Below, one piece after another: positions 57,603-64,000 of a DNA stretch of 64,000 bases. Below the pieces are notes generated by a model. It was not told where the DNA came from and did not search any database. It worked only from the letters and a program-made list of their open reading frames with translations. The stretch spans positions 9,121-73,120 of the forward strand of contig JAYTPK010000168.1 in assembly GCA_043747295.1 (NCBI GenBank), written 5' to 3'. Made by a program: the position numbers and the translations under genes. This DNA comes from Polaromonas sp. (lineage in GTDB: Bacteria; Pseudomonadota; Gammaproteobacteria; Burkholderiales; Burkholderiaceae_C). The first letter of the stretch is position 1; every line of letters starts with the position of its first letter.

Positions 57603-57685
57603 TGCAAAAAGTGCAGCAAAAGAACCACAAAATTAGGGTTTGCGCCTAGTTTTGTTGCACAAGTAGCTATGATAGTTGTAGCATT
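57603..57685 (+). repeat. degenerate copy of the dispersed repeat family
   Basis: GCAAAAAGTGCAGCAAAAGAACCACAAAAT...CACAAGTAGCTATGATAGTTGTAGC keeps the flank and the AGCTAT..ATAG end. The GTAGTCCAAGTA core is lost. Confidence 0.35.
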
Positions 57686-57779
57686 TTTTGAAAAATGCGT
57701 TATATTTCAATCAGTTCGAGCCAAAAGCTCTTATTTCACATTACCCGCCAAAACAACTTATTCTTAGGAGAAGCCTCTC

Positions 57780-58091
57780 ATGAGCGCCAAGGACAATGCT
57801 GCTGTAAACCAACTGTTCGACTTGCTTGAGTCGCGCTTCGCCATCCGTGTTTTGTGGGCGCTCAAAGACGGCCACCCGCAAACCTTTCGCCTGCTACAAG
57901 ATAGCGTTGGCGGCATAACACCTAACACCTTGAACACCCGTTTAAAAGAAATGCGCGCTGCCGGTTTGATCACCCACGGTGACAACGGCTACGGCGTTAC
58001 CAGCAGCGGCGCTGACCTGCTGCGCCGTATGAACGAGATGAGCGCCTTTGCCACTAAGTGGACCAGCGCCCTCAAAGCCAAGAAGAAGTAA
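57780..58091 (+). CDS. HxlR-type winged-helix transcriptional regulator
   Basis: RFAIRVLWALKDGHPQTFRLLQDSVGGITPNTLNTRLKEMRAAGLI. 103 aa. AGGAGA RBS. Confidence 0.8.
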   Translation: MSAKDNAAVNQLFDLLESRFAIRVLWALKDGHPQTFRLLQDSVGGITPNTLNTRLKEMRAAGLITHGDNGYGVTSSGADLLRRMNEMSAFATKWTSALKAKKK

Positions 58092-58121
58092 GCTTCAAGG
58101 TTAGAATTACCTTTCGCCACT

Positions 58122-58148
58122 AAAGCAGCCGCTGAGGTTGCTTTTTTT
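58122..58148 (+). terminator. rho-independent terminator
   Basis: AAAGCAGCC-GCTGA-GGTTGCTTT stem-loop followed by a T7 run. Confidence 0.6.
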
Positions 58149-58149
58149 A

Positions 58150-58216
58150 TGCTTTTTCCAATCGAATAGCCTTGCAGTCCAAGTATTCATTACTTAAGCA
58201 GCTATCAAATTTATAG
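58150..58216 (+). repeat. dispersed repeat family, copy 12 (intergenic)
   Basis: ...GAATAGCCTTGCAGTCCAAGTATTCATTACTTAAGCAGCTATCAAATTTATAG. Confidence 0.8.
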
Positions 58217-58242
58217 TAAATTAACTTTAGAAAGACTCTGCC

Positions 58243-58602
58243 ATGTCCTCAATTACCACACCAAGCGGCTTGGAGTACACCGACACCCAAGTAGGCACCG
58301 GTGCCGCAGCTGTAGCGGGCCAACAAGTTAGCGTGCATTACACCGGCTGGTTGTTCAACGACGGCGTGCAAGGTGCTAAGTTTGACTCTAGCAAAGACCG
58401 TGGCCAACCGTTTGAGTTTGACTTGGGCGCAGGCATGGTCATCAAAGGCTGGGACGAAGGCGTAGCGGGCATGCAAGTAGGCGGTGCGCGTACCCTGGTC
58501 ATCCCGGCAGCCCTCGGGTACGGCGCACGCGGTGCGGGCGGCGTGATCCCGCCTAACGCAACGCTGAAGTTTGATGTCGAGCTGTTAGGCCTGCGCGGCT
58601 AA
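58243..58602 (+). CDS. FKBP-type peptidyl-prolyl cis-trans isomerase (cytoplasmic)
   Basis: VHYTGWLFNDGVQGAKFDSSKDRGQPFEFDLGAGMVIKGWDEG...YGARGAGGVIPPNATLKFDVELL. Confidence 0.92.
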   Translation: MSSITTPSGLEYTDTQVGTGAAAVAGQQVSVHYTGWLFNDGVQGAKFDSSKDRGQPFEFDLGAGMVIKGWDEGVAGMQVGGARTLVIPAALGYGARGAGGVIPPNATLKFDVELLGLRG

Positions 58603-58626
58603 TCTGGCAGCCCTTCATCGCAACCT

Positions 58627-58651
58627 AAGGCGCACCCGTTGCGCCTTTTTT
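58627..58651 (+). terminator. rho-independent terminator
   Basis: AAGGCGCA-CCCGT-TGCGCCTT followed by TTTT. Confidence 0.7.
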
Positions 58652-58665
58652 AATTCCAACTGCCC

Positions 58666-59829
58666 ATGAACTCTGCCGCACTATCGCTGCGCACTGCGCT
58701 GATTTTTGCCACCGCCATTGCCGTAGTCAATGGCTTTGGCCGCTTTGCCTATGCGCTGCTGCTGCCGGTGATGCGGCAAGATTTGAGCTGGGACTACGCG
58801 CTGTCGGGCTGGCTTAACACTGCCAACTCGCTGGGCTACGGCCTAGGGGCGTTGGCTGGCATGTGGCTGCTGTCGCGCTTTCGGCCAGCCACGTTGTTTG
58901 TCTGGGGTTTAGTGATTTGCGTACTTACGCTGCTAATGTGTGGCCTAACGCGAGAGCTCAGCTTGATGATGGTGTGGCGTTTTGCCAGCGGCGTGGGATC
59001 AGCCTGGGTGTTTGCCTGCGGCGGTGCGCTGGTGGCGGCCCACTACAGCCAAGACGGCGTCAAATCTGCCGCTGCCATTGCCATTTATTACGCCGGGGGT
59101 GGTTTGGGCATTGCTTTGTCGGGCCTGCTGCTCTGGCCTGTGTTGGGCTTGCAATGGAGCTGGGCATCGGGCTGGGTCGTTTTAGGCTTGGCAGGATTGG
59201 CCTTATCTTTGTGGCCCAGCAAATTGGCATTGCGCATTGGCGGTAGTACCAGCAGCGTGACTGGCGAGAACCTGCGCTGGCAGCATTACACGCCTATTTT
59301 GACGGCCTACTTTTTGTTTGGAGTGGGCTATATCGTCTACATGACTTTTGTTGTCGCCTGGTTGCGTGACATGCAGCTGGGAGCAGACGCAACCACGGCG
59401 GTATGGCTGGTCATGGGTTTAGCAGCCATCGCCTCGGGCTGGGTCTGGCGCGGCGTGATGACGCGCTGGTGGCCGATTCACACCTTTGCAGCGGCCTGCC
59501 TGTGCACTGCTGCTGGCACGGCACTGCCTATTGCGTCTAATAGCGTGTGGGTGTTGTTGGTGTCTGCCCTGCTGGTGGGTGGTTCGTTTTTTATGGTGCC
59601 GGGCGCCATGTTGGCCCTAGCCCGCAGCACACTGCCACCCAGTTTGTGGGCCAAAACCATGAATCTTTTTACATTTATCTTTGCGATTGGCCAAGGTGTA
59701 GGGCCTGTAGCAGCAGGCTGGATAGCCGACCATTACAGCCTGAACGCAGCTATGGCAGCAGGTGCAGCCACCTTGGTGCTAGCCGCTGGCCTGGCTCTAG
59801 TGCAAAAAAGAGGCTCTGGCGCTTTATAA
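58666..59829 (+). CDS. YbfB/YjiJ family MFS transporter
   Basis: 12-TM protein. AVVNGFGRFAYALLLPVMRQDLSWDY and LNTANSLGY resemble the YbfB/YjiJ subgroup. Confidence 0.8.
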   Translation: MNSAALSLRTALIFATAIAVVNGFGRFAYALLLPVMRQDLSWDYALSGWLNTANSLGYGLGALAGMWLLSRFRPATLFVWGLVICVLTLLMCGLTRELSLMMVWRFASGVGSAWVFACGGALVAAHYSQDGVKSAAAIAIYYAGGGLGIALSGLLLWPVLGLQWSWASGWVVLGLAGLALSLWPSKLALRIGGSTSSVTGENLRWQHYTPILTAYFLFGVGYIVYMTFVVAWLRDMQLGADATTAVWLVMGLAAIASGWVWRGVMTRWWPIHTFAAACLCTAAGTALPIASNSVWVLLVSALLVGGSFFMVPGAMLALARSTLPPSLWAKTMNLFTFIFAIGQGVGPVAAGWIADHYSLNAAMAAGAATLVLAAGLALVQKRGSGAL

Positions 59830-59902
59830 TCCTGCTCAAACAGCTACGGTTTTGCTAGCGGTCCATGTACCGCAATTTTTGCACTTTTGGGCTGTTTAAC
59901 CC

Positions 59903-59930
59903 CTTGAAACCCCCAAAAACGCACTCATTT
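59903..59930 (+). promoter_or_regulatory. sigma32-like heat-shock promoter for grpE
   Basis: CCCTTGAAA -35 (CTTGAAA at 59903-09), 13-nt spacer, then ACTCATTT against consensus CCCCATnT. Confidence 0.45.
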
Positions 59931-59981
59931 GTGCGGCAAGTTAATCTTTTAGCCTTAAATTTTTGCTACTAATTCCCGAAC

Positions 59982-60704
59982 ATGTCAGATCAACCCAAAC
60001 CCGATACCAACGCTAATTTAGGCGCTGATAATGCCGCGGCAAGCGCCGCCAAGGAAGCCGCCGACTTAGTGGGCCAAGACCTGGCCGCACATGCCAGAGA
60101 CTTGGCCGCGCGCGCTAATGACTTGGCCGCGCGTGGTAATGACTTGGCTGCGCGTGCCAAGGCCGCTGGCGTGCCCGCTGATGCCTCACCTGAAGAAATC
60201 GAAGCCGCCCTGGCGGCCAACGAGTCTGAGGCCGTTGATGAGCTGACCGTGGCGCTGGCCGAGGTAGCCACCCTCAAAGCCAAAGCGGCCGACCTGCAAG
60301 ACCAATACATGCGCGGCCAAGCCGAAGTACAAAACGCCCGCCGCCGTGCTGAAGACGAAGTGTCTAAAGCCCGCAAATTCGGCGTAGAAAGCTTTGCCGA
60401 AAGCCTGCTGCCAGTAGCTGATTCATTGATCGCAGGTCTGGCCATCAAAGATGCCACGATTGAGCAAATTCGCGAGGGCGCCGAGGCTACCTTGCGCCAG
60501 CTCACCAGCGCGCTAGAGCGCAACAAAGTCATGACGATTGACCCACCGGCTGGCGAGAAATTTGATGCCCACAAACACCAAGCCATCAGCATGGTGCCTT
60601 CTGAGCAAGAAGCCAACACCGTGGTGAGCGTGCTGCAAAAGGGCTACACCATAGCGGACCGCGTTCTGCGGCCTGCTTTGGTTACCGTTGCAGCGGCTAA
60701 GTAA
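59982..60704 (+). CDS. grpE: nucleotide exchange factor GrpE
   Basis: [41 protein letters not shown] and [14 protein letters not shown] are GrpE motifs. The N-terminus is long and repeat-bearing. Confidence 0.95.
   Translation: MSDQPKPDTNANLGADNAAASAAKEAADLVGQDLAAHARDLAARANDLAARGNDLAARAKAAGVPADASPEEIEAALAANESEAVDELTVALAEVATLKAKAADLQDQYMRGQAEVQNARRRAEDEVSKARKFGVESFAESLLPVADSLIAGLAIKDATIEQIREGAEATLRQLTSALERNKVMTIDPPAGEKFDAHKHQAISMVPSEQEANTVVSVLQKGYTIADRVLRPALVTVAAAK
60075..60158 (+). repeat. four tandem 21-nt (heptad) repeats in the grpE 5' coding region
   Basis: QDLAAHA / RDLAARA / NDLAARG / NDLAARA. The DNA units AATGACTTGGCCGCGCGTGGT are nearly identical. Confidence 0.85.
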
Positions 60705-60726
60705 TTTTTAAAGGTTTTTAAGACAT

Positions 60727-60913
60727 TTTTTGAACGCAGAGGGCGCAAAGGTTGCGCAAAGAGCGCAGAAGAAGACAAAGAAAATACAAAAAAAGAAAAC
60801 CAAAAAGTACAAACTTATTCAATTAAATTTACTAAATTTTCTCTTTTTTGTATTCTTTTTCTCCCTCTTTTCTGCGTTCTCTGCGCAACCTTCGCGACCT
60901 CTGCGTTCAAAAA
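60727..60913. repeat. 187-nt imperfect palindrome (about 75-nt arms, 37-nt AT-rich loop) between grpE and dnaK
   Basis: The left arm is TTTTTGAACGCAGAGGGCGCAAAGGTTGCGCAAAGAGCGCAGAAGAAGACAAAGAAAATACAAAAAAAGAAAA. The right arm, TTTTCTCTTTTTTGTATTC...TCTGCGCAACCTTCGCGACCTCTGCGTTCAAAAA, matches its reverse complement. Confidence 0.85.
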
Positions 60914-60925
60914 CTCTTAAAACCC

Positions 60926-60953
60926 CTTGCAATCCACCATCTCATCCACAAAT
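60926..60953 (+). promoter_or_regulatory. sigma32-like heat-shock promoter for dnaK
   Basis: CCCTTGCAA -35, 13-nt spacer, then CCACAAAT against consensus CCCCATnT. It lies just downstream of the palindrome. Confidence 0.35.
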
Positions 60954-60984
60954 ACATACCATTCAAAATTTAGGAGTAAAAATC

Positions 60985-62946
60985 ATGGGCAAAATCATTG
61001 GCATCGACCTAGGCACCACCAACAGTTGCGTTTCCATCATGGAAGGCAACGTCACCAAAGTCATTGAGAACTCAGAGGGCGCACGCACTACGCCGTCTAT
61101 CGTGGCTTACCAAGAGGACGGTGAAGTGCTAGTGGGCGCGTCGGCCAAGCGCCAAGCGGTGACTAACCCCAAGAACACGCTGTACGCGATCAAGCGTTTA
61201 ATCGGCCGCAAATTCACCGAAAAAGAAGTCCAAAAAGACATCGGCCTAATGCCCTACAGCATAGTCGCTGCCGACAACGGCGACGCATGGGTAGAAGTGC
61301 GCGGCAAGAAAATGTCGGCCCAGCAGGTGTCAGCTGATATCTTGCGCAAGATGAAGAAAACCGCCGAAGACTATCTAGGCGAGACCGTCACCGAGGCCGT
61401 GATTACCGTGCCCGCGTACTTTAACGACGCGCAGCGCCAAGCCACCAAAGACGCGGGCCGCATTGCGGGCCTGGACGTAAAGCGCATCATTAACGAGCCT
61501 ACTGCAGCCGCATTGGCTTTTGGCTTGGACAAAAACGAAAAAGGCGATCGCAAAATTGCCGTGTATGACTTGGGTGGCGGTACGTTTGACGTGTCAATCA
61601 TCGAGATTGCTGATGTCGACGGCGAAAAGCAGTTTGAAGTGTTATCCACCAACGGTGACACCTTTCTGGGCGGCGAAGATTTTGACCAGCGCGTCATCGA
61701 GTTCATCATCGCTGAGTTCAAAAAAGAGCAAGGCGTTGATTTGGGCAAAGACGTGCTGGCCTTGCAGCGCCTGAAAGAAGCCGCAGAAAAAGCCAAAATC
61801 GAGCTGTCCAGCAGCGTGTCTACTGACATCAACCTGCCCTACATCACAGCCGATGCGTCTGGCCCTAAACACCTGAGCATCAAAATGACCCGCGCCAAGC
61901 TGGAAAGTCTGGTCGAAGAACTGATTGAGCGCACCATTGCACCGTGCCGCACCGCCATTAAAGACGCTGGCGTGGCTGTGGGCGATATTCACGACGTGAT
62001 TTTGGTGGGCGGTATGACCCGCATGCCTAAAGTGCAAGAAAAGGTCAAAGAGTTCTTTGGCAAAGAAGCTCGCAAAGACGTGAACCCGGACGAAGCTGTG
62101 GCCGTAGGCGCTGCGATTCAAGGCCAGGTTTTGAGCGGCGACCGCAAAGACGTGCTGCTGCTCGACGTCACGCCACTGTCACTGGGTATCGAAACCCTGG
62201 GCGGCGTGATGACCAAGATGATCACCAAGAACACCACTATTCCAACGAAGTTTGCACAAACCTTCTCGACTGCTGACGACAACCAGCCCGCAGTAACCAT
62301 TAAGGTATACCAAGGCGAGCGCGAGATGGCCAGCGGCAACAAGTCACTCGGTGAGTTCAACCTAGAAGGCATCCCGCCATCAGCGCGCGGCACGCCACAG
62401 ATTGAAGTGTCGTTTGACATTGACGCCAACGGCATTTTGCACGTGGGTGCCAAAGACAAAGGCACTGGCAAAGAAAACAAAATCACCATCAAAGCCAACT
62501 CTGGTTTGTCTGAAGAAGAAATTCAAAAGATGGTGAAAGACGCTGAGCTGAACGCTGCCGACGACAAGAAAAAACTCGAACTCATCCAAGCGCGCAACAC
62601 AGCCGATGCACTGGTGCACAGCACCAAAAAAAGCATGACTGAGTATGCTGACAAGCTGGAACCCGCCGAGAAAGAAAAAATCGAAGCTGGCCTAAAAGAC
62701 TTGGAAGAAGCCATCAAAGGCGAAGACAAAGACGCCATCACGCAAAAGCAAGCCGCGCTGGAAATTTCAGCCCAAAAACTGGGCGAGAAAATGTACGCCG
62801 ACATGCAAGCCCAGCAAGCCGCTAATGCAGCCGCCACGGGTGCAGCAGGCGCGGATGCCGGTGCTGACGCAGAAGCAGCGGCTAAAGCCAAAGCCAAAGA
62901 CGACAACGTGGTGGACGCTGAAGTTAAGGAAGTTAAAAAGGGCTAA
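60985..62946 (+). CDS. dnaK: molecular chaperone DnaK
   Basis: [16 protein letters not shown] start after a GGAG RBS, plus [11 protein letters not shown] and [13 protein letters not shown]. The 85-codon upstream extension in the track ORF reads through the palindrome and is rejected. Confidence 0.98.
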   Translation: MGKIIGIDLGTTNSCVSIMEGNVTKVIENSEGARTTPSIVAYQEDGEVLVGASAKRQAVTNPKNTLYAIKRLIGRKFTEKEVQKDIGLMPYSIVAADNGDAWVEVRGKKMSAQQVSADILRKMKKTAEDYLGETVTEAVITVPAYFNDAQRQATKDAGRIAGLDVKRIINEPTAAALAFGLDKNEKGDRKIAVYDLGGGTFDVSIIEIADVDGEKQFEVLSTNGDTFLGGEDFDQRVIEFIIAEFKKEQGVDLGKDVLALQRLKEAAEKAKIELSSSVSTDINLPYITADASGPKHLSIKMTRAKLESLVEELIERTIAPCRTAIKDAGVAVGDIHDVILVGGMTRMPKVQEKVKEFFGKEARKDVNPDEAVAVGAAIQGQVLSGDRKDVLLLDVTPLSLGIETLGGVMTKMITKNTTIPTKFAQTFSTADDNQPAVTIKVYQGEREMASGNKSLGEFNLEGIPPSARGTPQIEVSFDIDANGILHVGAKDKGTGKENKITIKANSGLSEEEIQKMVKDAELNAADDKKKLELIQARNTADALVHSTKKSMTEYADKLEPAEKEKIEAGLKDLEEAIKGEDKDAITQKQAALEISAQKLGEKMYADMQAQQAANAAATGAAGADAGADAEAAAKAKAKDDNVVDAEVKEVKKG

Positions 62947-62972
62947 GCCTTTCACCACCCAAACCAATCACG

Positions 62973-63015
62973 CGCCGCGCATGACTGATCACACCAGATC
63001 ATCATCGCGGCGTTT
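62973..63015 (+). terminator. imperfect hairpin between dnaK and dnaJ (attenuator/terminator candidate)
   Basis: CGCCGCG...CGCGGCG outer stem with GATCA inner pairing, followed by TTTGTG. Confidence 0.35.
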
Positions 63016-63037
63016 GTGCTAACTGAATATTGATAAA

Positions 63038-64000
63038 ATGGCCAAACGCGACTATTACGAATCACTGGGTGTGGCTAAAAACGCCTCGGACGAAGACATT
63101 AAAAAAGCTTATCGCAAGATGGCGATGAAGCACCACCCTGACCGCAACCAAGGCGATGCGGCTAAGGCAGCTGAGGTCAAGTTTAAAGAGTGCAAAGAAG
63201 CCTACGAAATGCTGTCGGACGGCAATAAGCGTGCAGCGTATGACCAGTACGGCCATGCGGGTGTAGACCCCAATCGCGGCGGCGGTGCGCATGGAGCAGA
63301 AGGTTTTGGTGGGTTTGCAGAAGCGTTTGGCGATATTTTTGGTGAAGCGTTTGGTGGCCGCGGCCGCCAGCAAGGTGGCGGGCGGCAAGTCTACCGTGGG
63401 GGCGATTTAAGCTACGCAATGGAAGTCACGCTAGAAGAAGCGGCCGTTGGCAAAGAAGCTCAAATCCGCATTCCTAGCTGGGACAATTGCACTACCTGCC
63501 AAGGCAGTGGTGCCAAGCCTGGTACCAAGCCCATTACCTGCACCACCTGTGCAGGCCATGGCCAGGTGCAGATGCGCCAAGGCTTTTTCAGCGTGCAGCA
63601 AACCTGCCCTACCTGCAAAGGCACTGGCAAACTCATCCCCGAGCCCTGCGTGGCCTGCCACGGCGTGGGCAAAACAAAGAACAACAAAACCCTCGAAGTC
63701 AAAATCCCAGCGGGCATTGACGACGGCATGCGCATTCGCAGCGCAGGCAATGGCGAGCCGGGCACTAACGGCGGGCCAGCGGGTGACTTATATATCGAGA
63801 TTCGCCTCAAGAAGCACGATATTTTTGAGCGCGATGGCGACGACTTGCACTGCCAAGTGCCAGTCAGCTTCCCCACCGCAGCCTTGGGCGGCGAGATCGA
63901 AGTACCCACGCTAGCGGGCAAGGCGGGCATCGACATCCCCGATGGCACCCAGCACGGCAAAACCTTCCGTTTGCGCGGCAAAGGTATCAAAGGTGTGCGT
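63038..64000 (+). CDS. dnaJ: molecular chaperone DnaJ, 3'-truncated by the window end
   Basis: Manual translation gives [37 protein letters not shown] (J domain, HPD), a G/F region, and CxxCxGxG zinc fingers ([32 protein letters not shown]). The frame is open to position 64000. Confidence 0.95.
   Translation, partial: MAKRDYYESLGVAKNASDEDIKKAYRKMAMKHHPDRNQGDAAKAAEVKFKECKEAYEMLSDGNKRAAYDQYGHAGVDPNRGGGAHGAEGFGGFAEAFGDIFGEAFGGRGRQQGGGRQVYRGGDLSYAMEVTLEEAAVGKEAQIRIPSWDNCTTCQGSGAKPGTKPITCTTCAGHGQVQMRQGFFSVQQTCPTCKGTGKLIPEPCVACHGVGKTKNNKTLEVKIPAGIDDGMRIRSAGNGEPGTNGGPAGDLYIEIRLKKHDIFERDGDDLHCQVPVSFPTAALGGEIEVPTLAGKAGIDIPDGTQHGKTFRLRGKGIKGVR

Noticed and set aside
1881-58216. Possibility that the recurring repeat is a CRISPR array or tRNA/IS remnant
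   Set aside because: Copies are dispersed, several kb apart and in both orientations. They are not in a regular repeat-spacer array, show no cloverleaf-like structure, and no cas or transposase genes are in the window.
59990-60619. 209-aa ORF antisense to grpE
   Set aside because: It is a shadow ORF inside a clearly recognisable gene, and its Ala/Ser/Arg-rich sequence has no motifs.
60730-60984. 85-codon N-terminal extension of the dnaK ORF (TTG start)
   Set aside because: The translation ([15 protein letters not shown]...[14 protein letters not shown]) is simply the two arms of the intergenic palindrome. Canonical [14 protein letters not shown] follows a GGAG RBS at 60985.
1-64000. Genomic island, prophage or integrative element
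   Set aside because: No integrase, transposase, phage structural or conjugation genes are present, and no tRNA gene is available as an integration site. Housekeeping genes (alaS, mfd, ispDF, dnaKJ, trmB, serB) are spread throughout.

Overview
This 64-kb window looks like chromosomal DNA from a betaproteobacterium. Gene content suggests Comamonadaceae: three Bug/TctC binding proteins, ispDF-mfd, and grpE-dnaK-dnaJ with sigma32-like promoters. That taxonomic call is inference, since no database search was possible. I call about 56 protein genes and see no rRNA, tRNA, CRISPR array, transposase, integrase or prophage genes. Recognisable blocks are:
- a cytochrome b/EB_dh fusion with a ferredoxin-reductase partner
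- tandem pirins with a LysR regulator
- an ExeM/NucH secreted nuclease
- cyanide-insensitive-type cydAB with a GbsR regulator
- gluQ, an 828-aa glycine-rich/DUF11 secreted protein, and trmB
- alaS
- a GH31 plus sugar-ABC operon
- a uronate-dehydrogenase/lactonase/IlvD-Edd/GntR/RraA-like/TctC cluster
- ispDF and mfd
- a vapBC pair whose vapC carries a nonsense codon
- serB
- a hydroxycinnamate-type cluster (amidohydrolase, crotonase, feruloyl-CoA-synthase-like, Bug, tannase/feruloyl esterase, MarR)
- grpE-dnaK-dnaJ

The most unusual signal is not a gene. It is a dispersed 65-85-nt repeat family with core GTAGTCCAAGTATTTATTACTTA..CAGCTAT.AAATT.ATAG, present 12 times plus one degenerate copy. Several copies are translated in frame inside gluQ, trmB and an acyl-CoA synthetase. 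Others supply the start codon and signal peptide of a TctC gene, the ispF stop codon, and possibly the serB stop codon.

Other structural oddities:
- a 187-nt long-armed palindrome between grpE and dnaK
- recurrent 10-18-nt tandem duplications sitting on gene termini
- a (CGGGTT)5 coding microsatellite

All product calls rest on motifs I recognise in the translations. Start codons are often uncertain.
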